Assembly (NCBI GenBank): GCA_963666425.2 | Contig: OY762825.2 | Coordinates: 192,001 to 256,000 of the forward strand | Origin: Bacillota bacterium | GTDB taxonomy: Bacteria; Bacillota; JAAYKD01 | Reading direction: 5' to 3' | Length of the DNA: 64,000 bases | Shown: positions 29,607 to 38,687 of the stretch, one piece after another | Layout of the letters: every line of letters begins with the position of its first letter | Numbering within the stretch: the stretch's first letter is position 1 | Program-made: the position numbers and the translations under genes | Notes under the pieces: model-generated | What the model was told of the DNA's origin: nothing | Databases searched by the model: none | What the model saw: only the letters and a program-made list of their open reading frames with translations

Positions 29607-31537
29607 TCAATATCGGAATTGTAGCGCATGTGGATGCTGGGAAAACCAGTCTGACTGAAAATTTACTCTATGTGAGCGGCAAGATTCGCCAAAAAGGCAG
29701 TGTTGATCAAGGAACAGCGCAGACAGACCGGTTGGACATCGAGCGGCAGCGAGGCATATCCATACGGACAGCTTCTGCGACGCTGACTTGGCAGGACATT
29801 CGGATCAATCTGTTGGATACACCGGGACATGTTGATTTTATGGGTGAAGTTGAGCGCTGTTTTGCGGCACTGGATGCAGCAGTTCTTGTCATATCAGCGG
29901 TGGAAGGGATTCAATCTCATACCGAATACTTATGGCAGACCTTACGGGAATTAAAAATTCCATGCTTGATTTTCATTAACAAAATTGATCGTGCCGGCTC
30001 GCAAATCGAGGCAATTTTGTTGGAAATGCAACAAAGGTGGCAGATACAGCCTTGTTTGATGAGCGAGGTCAGCAGGGAAGGCGATAAAAGCTGCGACAGC
30101 CATAGTAAACCTTTGCGTGAGGTGTTTTCCGAGCAGTTGATCGAGCTGGATGATACGCTGCTGGAACAGTATTTAAGCGGTAGAACCATCAAGGATGCAG
30201 ATTATGCAGTCGTTTTTCGCAGACTAGTCGCGGACTTAACGCTGGTGCTGGTTTACTGCGGCAGCATGGCCATGGGTTTGGGGGCGGAAGAGCTGTTGGA
30301 TGCAATCGTCCAATGGCTGCCGGAATCATCCACCGATTGTGAAGCACCTTTGAGCGGTATCGTTTATAAAGTAGAGCATGATACCGCCTTAGGACGTGTG
30401 GCGCATGTGCGTCTCTTTAGCGGCAGTCTGCAAAACAGAGATGAAATCATTCTGCCAAGAGAGCAGGAGAAACGCAAGATTTTCCAGATCAGACAATTCA
30501 ATGGTGCAAAACAAGAAGACAGCGGAATGCTCAAAGCGGGTGAGATTGGAGCCGTTTATGGGCTCAGCAGCATCCGGGTTGGCGATATTTTGGGAAGTGT
30601 TGATCAGCCAGACCAAAACCGGAGCTATACACATCCTTTTTTGAGCGTGCAAATTCAAGCTCTGCAAACTGCTCAAGATCCATTGCTGATGCAGGCGCTG
30701 CAGGAATTGTCAGCGGAAGATCCCTTGCTGCAGGCAGAATGGAGAAAAGAATCGCGGGCGGCTCAAGTCAAAATTACCGGAACCATTCAATTGGAGATTA
30801 TTCAAGCCCTATTGCAAACACGCTTTCATTTGCAGGTCCGATTATTTTCACCGGAAGTAGTTTATTATGAAACACCCATTCGCTCAGGAATCGGTTTTGA
30901 GGAATATACGATGCCAAAGCCCTGCTGGGCTATATTGAAATTACAAATTGAACCGGGAGAGCGGGGGAGCGGATATCAATTTTCTTCCATCGTCTCCAAT
31001 GATAAACTTTATTATCGTTATCAGAGACATATTGAACAATCCCTGCAAAACTGTTTGAAACAAGGCATTTATGGCTGGCCGGTGACGGATTTGAAAATCA
31101 CTCTCATTGATGGAGAACATCATATTGTGCATACCCATGCCTTAGATTTTTTTGTGGCGACGCCGATGGCTTTTCTAAAGGGGATGCAAAACTGCGGCAG
31201 TAGTTTATTGGAACCGATTTTGTCTTATCATTTCGAAGGGCCGTCGAACTATGCCAATAAAATCGCAGGCGATATCATGAAGATGCGCGGACGTTTTCGT
31301 GGACCGTATATTTTCGATGGGCAATTCACCTTAGAAGCGGAAATTCCTGCAGCAACTTCCATGAACTATCAGCTGACGCTGAGTCGGCTCAGCGATGGCA
31401 GGTGTCGGATGAGTAGCCGTTTTTACGCTTACGAACCCTGTGCTTTAGAGGATGGTAAGATCACGGATCGGATAGGTATTTCACCTCTAGATCGGGAAAA
31501 ATGGATTCTACAGGCGCGTAATGCCTTATCATCATAG
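29603..31537 (+). CDS. EF-G-like translational GTPase related to TetM/TetO ribosomal protection proteins
   Basis: AHVDAGKT, ERQRGISI, DTPGHVDF, NKID; 644 aa with Tet-like C-terminal extension; domain IV loops diverge from TetM. Confidence 0.85.
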   Translation: MINIGIVAHVDAGKTSLTENLLYVSGKIRQKGSVDQGTAQTDRLDIERQRGISIRTASATLTWQDIRINLLDTPGHVDFMGEVERCFAALDAAVLVISAVEGIQSHTEYLWQTLRELKIPCLIFINKIDRAGSQIEAILLEMQQRWQIQPCLMSEVSREGDKSCDSHSKPLREVFSEQLIELDDTLLEQYLSGRTIKDADYAVVFRRLVADLTLVLVYCGSMAMGLGAEELLDAIVQWLPESSTDCEAPLSGIVYKVEHDTALGRVAHVRLFSGSLQNRDEIILPREQEKRKIFQIRQFNGAKQEDSGMLKAGEIGAVYGLSSIRVGDILGSVDQPDQNRSYTHPFLSVQIQALQTAQDPLLMQALQELSAEDPLLQAEWRKESRAAQVKITGTIQLEIIQALLQTRFHLQVRLFSPEVVYYETPIRSGIGFEEYTMPKPCWAILKLQIEPGERGSGYQFSSIVSNDKLYYRYQRHIEQSLQNCLKQGIYGWPVTDLKITLIDGEHHIVHTHALDFFVATPMAFLKGMQNCGSSLLEPILSYHFEGPSNYANKIAGDIMKMRGRFRGPYIFDGQFTLEAEIPAATSMNYQLTLSRLSDGRCRMSSRFYAYEPCALEDGKITDRIGISPLDREKWILQARNALSS

Positions 31538-31767
31538 AATATGTGCAGGCTATTTTTAATCAGCACTGAACGGTATCGGTCATAAGAAGGATGCTTATTG
31601 CGCTGTACGCTTCAAAATTGAAATCTAAAAGGAAGCTAGCTTATGAATGGGAGACTTGAGAAAGAAATTCGTGCGACAAAAAATATGACTGTAAGAATAG
31701 AAGACAGTGGCTCTGAAGACGAGAAGAAGAACGATTACAGGCTCATTACTGAACCTAAAATGCAAAA

Positions 31768-31807
31768 CTCCCAACTTCTCAAAATACTAATTTTGAGAAG
31801 TTGGGAG
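31768..31807. repeat. Perfect 18-bp inverted repeat
   Basis: CTCCCAACTTCTCAAAAT-acta-ATTTTGAGAAGTTGGGAG. Confidence 0.75.
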
Positions 31808-32437
31808 GATAGGATAAAGAGGTTTTTACGTTTTCTAAGCCTCTTCTGAAATCGGGTCTATTTCGGTTCCCATGCCATTAGCAGCAAACCTTTTGGCACA
31901 GTTCAACAGTTTGCTTTACTTATAAGCTGCTTTCTTGAAATCACAAGGTTACTGTGTAATTAGGTTACGGTGTACTGAAGCATCTCTACTGTCGCTATTG
32001 ATTCCAGATTCCAATATTACTGCACATAACATATCTTTGTGCAATCTATCGGGAAAACCTTCACTCGGCAGATCAATCGTCACACAATACAATAGTAAGC
32101 AATCACTTGGCTATAAAGCAATTTCGCTTGTTGATTGTCAATCCGGGAAATTCCTGTTTACAGGGTCTTCTTGATGTCTCAAACTAATTGCTGATTCTGT
32201 AAAAAACAGCAATGACAGATAATTAACAAAATTCGAAGGAAACTGCAAATCACCGTTACTGTTATTAAATTCTCCTCACTTATACACATTAGTACATTTT
32301 TTAGGAAAATTCTTTCGTAATATTGTCAAAAATAGATAAAATTACTATTATAAACCATATATTGGCAATATACTCCACGATAATCAGCTGAATATTTCTT
32401 AAATAATCCATAATTTAAAATAATTCTTGTTAACCTG

Positions 32438-32467
32438 TTGACGAATTGGGCTGACTTATAGTATAAT
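32438..32467 (+). promoter_or_regulatory. Sigma-A promoter of tRNA-Trp
   Basis: TTGACG-18 bp-TATAAT with an AT-rich upstream region. Confidence 0.75.
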
Positions 32468-32508
32468 GGCTTTCGTTGGGGCAAAGAGTTTGCTTCTGAC
32501 TTATCTAT

Positions 32509-32584
32509 AGGGGAGTAGCTCAATTGGTAGAGTACCGGTCTCCAAAACCGTAGGTTGCGGGTTCGAGTCCCTCCTCCCCTGCCA
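32509..32584 (+). tRNA. tRNA-Trp(CCA)
   Basis: AGGGGAG/CTCCCCT-G-CCA acceptor, AGCTCAATTGGTAGAG D arm, CGGT-CTCCAAA-ACCG anticodon arm, GGTTCGAGTCC. Confidence 0.95.
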
Positions 32585-32593
32585 AAGAAAAAA

Positions 32594-32639
32594 CCGTCAC
32601 AATGGATACGTTTTAGTATCTATGTGACGGGTTTTTTTT
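32594..32639 (+). terminator. Intrinsic (probably bidirectional) terminator after tRNA-Trp
   Basis: CCGTCACA.TGGATAC-gtttta-GTATCTATGTGACGG followed by T8; A run on the 5' side. Confidence 0.8.
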
Positions 32640-32657
32640 ATAGATATAATGTTTTTA

Positions 32658-33512
32658 CTATCGATACTCCTCAACAATAGTAGTAAGTGAATTTAGAGTA
32701 TGCAAAATAGATAGAAATTCTTCACTAACTGGTTTTTCAGCGGTATATCCGTTCATCAAAATTTCACGGCTTTCCGCTTTCCAATACCACATATCAAAAA
32801 TCGGATGACCGATATAAGCGTCCCCAAAATCGATGATCCCTGTGTATTGATGCGTTGCTTCATCCATAAAGACGTGGCAGATGTAAGGATTGGCATGCAC
32901 AGCTACAAACCGATCTGCACATTGTAGCTTTTGCAGCTCTTTCTCCAGTGCATCCAAAGCAAATTCTAATTTTCCTGCGTTTAGGTTCTCTTTGGCTCGC
33001 AAGGCCGCTTGATATCTTCGCCGTAATCTGAATACGACATCTTCAGGTTCATCCTGAGGAAAGAGACCGCTTGCCATCATAGATTTTTGATCGATTTCAT
33101 GGATCTTGCGCAATTCTTTTCCCAACTCGAAAAGCAGTAAGTTTTTTTCCTTTTTGGATATGCGGGCACGTTCCACCGCAATTCCAGGCATCCGTGTCAT
33201 ACAAATGGCTTCGACGCCGTCTTTCTTTCCGTAGCCAAGCACCCGAGGGACGTTTACATTCGTTTGTATTTCAAGCTGTTTGAGAAAGAACACTTCCTTT
33301 TCTAAACTGGTACTGGTGCGCAATTGCTGTGGACGCTGAACTTTTAAGATAATATCGTCATCAACCGCATAGGTGCGTGCCTCGCCGCCCGATTCATCAA
33401 TATTTTTCACGCTCTTTGCTTTCGGTATATATTGCCGGACAATATCAAGTATCACCGCCTCATCCAAGATTGGGTCAGGGGCATTGCGTTGAAAATAGAT
33501 GGTTTCTCTCAT
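32658..33512 (-). CDS. Aminoglycoside phosphotransferase/choline kinase-like (APH fold) protein
   Basis: ILKV, KE, VPRVL, LRKIH, HAN at the Brenner position, GIIDFGDA. Confidence 0.8.
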   Translation of the reverse strand: MRETIYFQRNAPDPILDEAVILDIVRQYIPKAKSVKNIDESGGEARTYAVDDDIILKVQRPQQLRTSTSLEKEVFFLKQLEIQTNVNVPRVLGYGKKDGVEAICMTRMPGIAVERARISKKEKNLLLFELGKELRKIHEIDQKSMMASGLFPQDEPEDVVFRLRRRYQAALRAKENLNAGKLEFALDALEKELQKLQCADRFVAVHANPYICHVFMDEATHQYTGIIDFGDAYIGHPIFDMWYWKAESREILMNGYTAEKPVSEEFLSILHTLNSLTTIVEEYR

Positions 33513-33689
33513 GATATCTTTCTCCTTTGCTGATCATTCTATTATGACAGATACCACGATTGCAAGCAAAAGGCTCGCACAAGCCGGATACTGCAGCATC
33601 CTTGACCGATACGAGTCTCAGTACCGAGGCAGTTGAACCTTTATGTGACGATCAGTATGCACAATGGTGTATTTCAACTTTCCTAGTGA

Positions 33690-34346
33690 TTATTCTTCCG
33701 ATTGATTTGTATTTCTGATTCTGGCTTTTTGATCCGCTCGATTGAGTATTATACCAAAAGCCATCCCACTGATTAAGCCAATGATCAAACCGTATGCGAT
33801 GCGCTCAAAAGCAATGCCGAGATAGAGTCCGCCGGCTAAACCCAGCAGAAGGTAGATCGGAAGCCAGGTGAATTTCGGTTTTTCCAGTTCGTAGAGTAAA
33901 CCTTCCTCCCCTACACCGATCTGCCGAAAATAATTCTTTGCCAATACTTTTTGCGATGCGGTGTTTTGCGCATCGGTCTCGGCCTGCACGTAAAAACAAT
34001 CCGCATGACGAAACGCCCAGGCGCAGAGCTCTCCCACTGCTTCTGTCATAAAACCTTGATTTTGATATGCTTCTAAAAGGCCATAACCAATTTCGACTTC
34101 GTGATTGAGATTGGGAGGACCTTTGAAGCAGGCACCGCCGATGACAAGACCGGATTCTTTCAAACAGATTTTCCAATTGGTATACCACAGATACTGGTCT
34201 TGACGATCCTTCATACCTTGACGCATGCAGCGATAGGCCTCGTTCAGTTCATGTTCAGCCGTCACTGCGATCAATTGATCCATTTCTTCTTCATCAAGCG
34301 CCGATATGACCAGCCGTTTAGTGGTGACTTTATCGATAAGATACAT
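33690..34346 (-). CDS. RimJ/RimL-type GNAT acetyltransferase with C-terminal membrane helices
   Basis: FKGPP..EVEIGYG..YQNQGFMTEAV, NTASQKVL.K..F; two Gly-rich hydrophobic helices at the C-terminus. Confidence 0.82.
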   Translation of the reverse strand: MYLIDKVTTKRLVISALDEEEMDQLIAVTAEHELNEAYRCMRQGMKDRQDQYLWYTNWKICLKESGLVIGGACFKGPPNLNHEVEIGYGLLEAYQNQGFMTEAVGELCAWAFRHADCFYVQAETDAQNTASQKVLAKNYFRQIGVGEEGLLYELEKPKFTWLPIYLLLGLAGGLYLGIAFERIAYGLIIGLISGMAFGIILNRADQKARIRNTNQSEE

Positions 34347-34364
34347 GAATCTGCCCTTTCCGCC

Positions 34365-34976
34365 TTATGTTTGCTCACTTTTCTGAAAAGAAATCTTGCG
34401 CTCTGAGTGATTCAGCAGTCGCTGGATATTGCCGTGGTGCAGAATCCAGATCAGAGCAGTCAGACAGCCTGCAAAGAGCAGATCAGGCCATGCGGCAGAA
34501 CTCGCTAAGAGCATCAAGGGCCAAAACAGCGACATTAACAGCGATCCCAAGGAAACATAGCGGGTCAGCCAAACAACGACTACCAGAATGACCAGTGATA
34601 GGATACCGATCCAGGGAAAAAACAGGACGATAACGGTTGTAGAGACCGCAACGCCTTTACCGCCTTTAAAGTGTAAGAAAATCGACCAGTTATGCCCGCA
34701 AATGACAGCCAATCCGCTGATGTAAAAGGCACTTTGCGGTGCTTTCAGGAAAAAAGGCAGAGCAAGAGCCAGAAAAGTTTTCAGGATATCAAAGAGCAGT
34801 GAGATCAAAGCTCCTTTTAAGCCTAAGGTGCGCAGCGCATTGGTTGCTCCTACGTTGCCGCTGCCATATTTTCTGATATCAATGTTCTGCATGATGCGAG
34901 CAATCAGATAGGCCGATGGAATAGAACCGCAAAGGTAGGTGTAAATTGCAAAGTAAAGCAAAGATAATTTCTCCAT
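34365..34976 (-). CDS. plsY: Glycerol-3-phosphate acyltransferase PlsY
   Basis: YLCGSIP, DIRKYGSGNVGATNALR, GHNWSIF..FKGGKGVA, YVSLGS, H.GNIQRL...E. Confidence 0.95.
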   Translation of the reverse strand: MEKLSLLYFAIYTYLCGSIPSAYLIARIMQNIDIRKYGSGNVGATNALRTLGLKGALISLLFDILKTFLALALPFFLKAPQSAFYISGLAVICGHNWSIFLHFKGGKGVAVSTTVIVLFFPWIGILSLVILVVVVWLTRYVSLGSLLMSLFWPLMLLASSAAWPDLLFAGCLTALIWILHHGNIQRLLNHSERKISFQKSEQT

Positions 34977-35011
34977 TCAAAATCGCCGTTTCTATCGTTT
35001 ATTTGTCATCG

Positions 35012-35521
35012 TTAAAGTGTAGGGGTGGTGGGATTTTTGACTGCTTCTTTCGCTGCTTCTTTCGCTGCTTCTTTCGCTGCTTCTTTAGCAGCTTCCTGCT
35101 TTATTTCTTCCGCTACTTGGTGAAAAGCAGCTTCACTGGCGGTATCCGTAACTTTTTTTTGTTTTTTCATGAATTGGTTCGATACTTTATCCACTAATCC
35201 AGGCATTAAGTCAATCAAACGATCCAAACTGGTATTTGCTTTTTGATTCTGGACTTGCAGCATGGTAACCTGGTCGCCATTGACAACCAAAAAAGCGATC
35301 GGGCAGATTTTCGCACCAGCCCCAGCACCCAAACCGCCGCCTGCTTTGGCTGCATCTTCGGCGTTTTTTTCACTGCCTCCGGAACCGAAACCGAATGTAA
35401 TATTGACTACCGGTAAAATCGTGATAGCGCCGATGACAATCGGTTCTCCAATGACCGTTTCCGAAGTGACAAGATTTTTCAGGTCTCCAATTAATGTGGC
35501 TAGATATTCTTTTTGTTGCAT
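35012..35521 (-). CDS. GerW/YtfJ family sporulation protein
   Basis: TVIGEPI, ILPV..FGFGSGG, GAGAGAKI.PIAFLV, DRLIDLMP. Confidence 0.85.
   Translation of the reverse strand: MQQKEYLATLIGDLKNLVTSETVIGEPIVIGAITILPVVNITFGFGSGGSEKNAEDAAKAGGGLGAGAGAKICPIAFLVVNGDQVTMLQVQNQKANTSLDRLIDLMPGLVDKVSNQFMKKQKKVTDTASEAAFHQVAEEIKQEAAKEAAKEAAKEAAKEAVKNPTTPTL
35041..35086. repeat. 12-bp tandem repeat, about 3.8 copies (encodes KEAA)
   Basis: (CTGCTTCTTTCG)x3 plus CTGCTTCTTT in the YtfJ tail. Confidence 0.9.
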
Positions 35522-35612
35522 GATCGTCCATCCTTTCTTTGCTTTTCCTTCTTTTGAATTGGGTGAGTATTCTAAAAACAGCTGCAGGCAAAATCACTCG
35601 AAAAATTAAAAA

Positions 35613-36491
35613 TTAAAGCTCGGCTGCTCTGTAAAGCCGATAGACCTGAATCAGAGGCCGCCTTAAATCTTTGTCCAGTATAAGATGCAGTAAAATTTCT
35701 GTGATGGATATTCTGCATTTCAGTGTTAATTTGAGGTTGCAGATGCTGCCGGTAAAAATAGGTTCTACAGTAAAATAACAGAATGACAAAGAAGGCAGCA
35801 GTGTATAGCATGTAGAAAACAAAAAAGCGGTGTCAGCCGGATCCTCTAATCCCAACTGCCCTTGTAGTTGCAGCGGTTTGATGTGCAGTAATCGAAAAAG
35901 TTTAATCAGGAAGGTAAAAAACATATCTTTATACTGCATGCCCATGCGAATGTAATCTATAATCTCCTGAAAATTAGTGTCTGAGGAGGAACCGGAGGGG
36001 GATGCTTTGGCTTCACTATCCTTTAAGCTTGCCTGTGACGGATCAGCAGAAGCAGTCTTTGCCGGTTCGTTTCGCATATCAGCTGAGGCGCTGCGCGGCG
36101 CTGTAGGCTCCGGCTGTTTCGGGATGGTTTTTGTTTCCGTTCTTCTGCTCTTTCCTTTTTTTACTGCGGCCGGTTTTGCAGCCTCAGTGGCTTTTGCACC
36201 CGGCAATTGATTTTCAATCAAACGAGAGAGATCAAGCAGCCAAGCCCAGCGGAGCTTGATCTGATAATCGAATTTTTCCTCAAAAAAAGAACAGGAAGCT
36301 GTAATATGAAAAGGTAATGCTAAAATTAGAAGGATGAAGAGCAGAAGGCAAGGAAGAATAATGAGCAAAATACTAACAATTCTTCCTATTAACCAAAAAA
36401 GCCAAATGGTACTCTTCAGACAAAGAGCAATAAATAGCACGATACCGATTATTTTCAATGGCAACCATAGAAGCCTATTGATACTCCTCAC
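35613..36491 (-). CDS. DUF2953/YtfI-like membrane protein
   Basis: N-terminal TM helices, low-complexity linker, GLEDPADTA motif; directly upstream of ytfJ. Confidence 0.75.
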   Translation of the reverse strand: MRSINRLLWLPLKIIGIVLFIALCLKSTIWLFWLIGRIVSILLIILPCLLLFILLILALPFHITASCSFFEEKFDYQIKLRWAWLLDLSRLIENQLPGAKATEAAKPAAVKKGKSRRTETKTIPKQPEPTAPRSASADMRNEPAKTASADPSQASLKDSEAKASPSGSSSDTNFQEIIDYIRMGMQYKDMFFTFLIKLFRLLHIKPLQLQGQLGLEDPADTAFLFSTCYTLLPSLSFCYFTVEPIFTGSICNLKLTLKCRISITEILLHLILDKDLRRPLIQVYRLYRAAEL

Positions 36492-36545
36492 CTCGCTTTC
36501 ACACTACAGAGGGTGGACTTCCGGTTTTAGGTGCTTTGGGAAAGG

Positions 36546-37457
36546 ATGCTTTTCTTGAGACGATATTATCTTGCGACCGCTGCGCTGCTTCTGGTGACTG
36601 TGATTTGGGGATCCACTTTTCCCCTGTCAAAAATCGTTCTGACCGAAATTTCGCCCCTCTATTATCTGGGCATCCGTTATGCCATTACAACCATCGTAAT
36701 GACAGTGCTTTTTCATCGGCAAATCCATCTGCACTGGCGGACCAGTTGGCAGGCAGCGCTTCCGCTTGGGCTTGCGATTTTTCTTGCCTATCTTCTGCAA
36801 ACGCTGGGTGTGATGGCAACAACAGCCAGCAAAGCCGGCTTTTTTACAGCCTTCGCTGTCGTTTTGGTACCGCTGCTGTTGTTTTTTTTGCAAAAAGAAA
36901 AGCCCCCGATTTCCCTATTTGTTGGTGTTGCTTTGGCGGCGATCGGCTTAGGTTTGCTTTCCGGTATTCTGGAAGAGCAAATGAGCTTCAACCTGGGAGA
37001 TTTCCTGGTTTTACTGAGTGCCTTGTGTTTTGCAGTCCAGATCATTCTGGTTTCCAGAATGAATTCCAACTCAAATGCGGTCTCTATTGCTACCATTCAA
37101 TTTGCTATTGTCGCTTTGTTTTCCTTCTTCTTTGCTTTTTTTCTGGAGAAAGTACCAGTTTGGGCAAACATCCCCTCTGCCTCCTGGTTCATTCTGATTT
37201 TCTTGGCCGTTTTCGCCACTGCGTTTGCCTTCACTATTCAAATTTTGGCACAAAAAGAAATGTCAGCCGGACAAACGGCCATGATCATGACCTTTGAACC
37301 TGTTTTCTCTGCTGGATTCAGTTGGCTGTTTTTACGGGAACAAGTGACTTTGCTTGGATTCTGCGGCGGTGGGTTGATTCTAGTGGGGATGTTGATCAGT
37401 CAATTTTACCCTGTACTGGAAGCAAAACGTGCGAAAAAAATTCTACAAATCGATTGA
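36546..37457 (+). CDS. DMT/EamA family transporter
   Basis: IWGSTF, LQTLG...TASKAGF, GDFLVL, FEPVF; about 10 TM segments. Confidence 0.9.
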   Translation: MLFLRRYYLATAALLLVTVIWGSTFPLSKIVLTEISPLYYLGIRYAITTIVMTVLFHRQIHLHWRTSWQAALPLGLAIFLAYLLQTLGVMATTASKAGFFTAFAVVLVPLLLFFLQKEKPPISLFVGVALAAIGLGLLSGILEEQMSFNLGDFLVLLSALCFAVQIILVSRMNSNSNAVSIATIQFAIVALFSFFFAFFLEKVPVWANIPSASWFILIFLAVFATAFAFTIQILAQKEMSAGQTAMIMTFEPVFSAGFSWLFLREQVTLLGFCGGGLILVGMLISQFYPVLEAKRAKKILQID

Positions 37458-37546
37458 TGCAACTCGCAAAAAATCCATCAGATGAATCAAAAAGCGCTTC
37501 TCGGTTCGCTCTTGCAGCAAAAAAACCAGGAAGCGCTTCTTACTGA

Positions 37547-38653
37547 CTAAATTTCAGCAAGGAATCTTCGGATTTCCTCCACCGTGTTAAAAAAGGACGG
37601 GCTAACCCTTAATACCCCTGCACGGTAGGTTACGATGATCTTTTTACTGTATAGATCGAGGTAGAGCTGTTTATTTTTTTCGGCGTTGCCAGTGCTGAAA
37701 ATCAGAATGGCAGAGCGTTCGCCGACTTGTTCAATCGGTGAAATGATGCTGTAACCTTTTTGCTGAATTCCTGCAATCAATAGATCGGTTAAATACAGCA
37801 CGCGTGCATAGATTTCCTCGATACCAATCTCCAAAAGCAGATCGAGTCCGGCTGTCCAGGCATAAAACAAAGCATAAGCAATCGAGCCTGTCTCAAAACG
37901 GCGGGCATCCTCGTAATAATGAAGATCACTGAAGATATTCTCCGCGGCAAACATGCCGGGCAGCACCGGTGTGATGAGTGACTGCAGTTCTTGACGGACA
38001 TATAAGAAACCGGTTCCCGGCATACCGAGCAGCCATTTGAAACCAGCACAACATAGAATATCAATGCCATCTTTCTCAATATTAAGCGGCATCACCCCGG
38101 TGGCTTGAATTCCGTCAACTAAGAAGCAAGCTCCGACTTGATGTGCAATTTTGCTTAGAGCCTGCAAGTCGCTGCGAAAACCGGAATTGAACCGCACAGC
38201 GGCAACCGCCACGATGCGGGTGTGCTGATCAACTAAGGCGGCCACCGTTTCCGGCTTGATCCGCTGATCGGCTTCAACCGGAACCACGCGCACCTCAACA
38301 TTCTTCTCTCTTAAGGCCAACCAGGGAAATGTATTATTCCAGTGTTCATCAGCTGGCACAACAATATTATCCCCTGCCTGCCACTGAAATCCGGCAGCTA
38401 CAAGACCGACTCCCACCCCTGTACTGGTAACCAGAGCATATTCTTCGGGTTTTCCTCCCAATAATTGAGCCAGTCTTTTGCGTACTTCTGCTCGGACGTC
38501 TGCCGGTTTGTCCTGTGGCGCCAGACTCGCTGAATTTAAGTATTCTTCCAGTTTTAGCCGAAAGCGCTCATTGAGCGGAGATTCTGCGGCATTGTTTAAA
38601 AAAGTGTAATTTTGGGTTACCGGAAATAATTTCCGTAATTCGGTAATATTCAT
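37547..38653 (-). CDS. Aminotransferase class V PLP enzyme (cysteine desulfurase/selenocysteine lyase-like)
   Basis: FLNNAA, VDGIQA.G, AGFKWLLG.PG.G, RFETGS, RVSP.FFN. Confidence 0.85.
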   Translation of the reverse strand: MNITELRKLFPVTQNYTFLNNAAESPLNERFRLKLEEYLNSASLAPQDKPADVRAEVRKRLAQLLGGKPEEYALVTSTGVGVGLVAAGFQWQAGDNIVVPADEHWNNTFPWLALREKNVEVRVVPVEADQRIKPETVAALVDQHTRIVAVAAVRFNSGFRSDLQALSKIAHQVGACFLVDGIQATGVMPLNIEKDGIDILCCAGFKWLLGMPGTGFLYVRQELQSLITPVLPGMFAAENIFSDLHYYEDARRFETGSIAYALFYAWTAGLDLLLEIGIEEIYARVLYLTDLLIAGIQQKGYSIISPIEQVGERSAILIFSTGNAEKNKQLYLDLYSKKIIVTYRAGVLRVSPSFFNTVEEIRRFLAEI

Positions 38654-38687
38654 GATTTCTTCTCCTCTTCGATCAGATGATCGGGCT

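Noticed and set aside
32621-33650. 9-bp direct repeat TATGTGACG flanking the APH-like gene as a target-site duplication
   Set aside because: It is short, one copy is part of the terminator stem, and there are no transposase or terminal inverted repeats, so chance is plausible.
36536-37297. 253-aa Cys-rich overlapping ORF
   Set aside because: Shifted-frame shadow of the hydrophobic EamA gene with no recognisable motifs.
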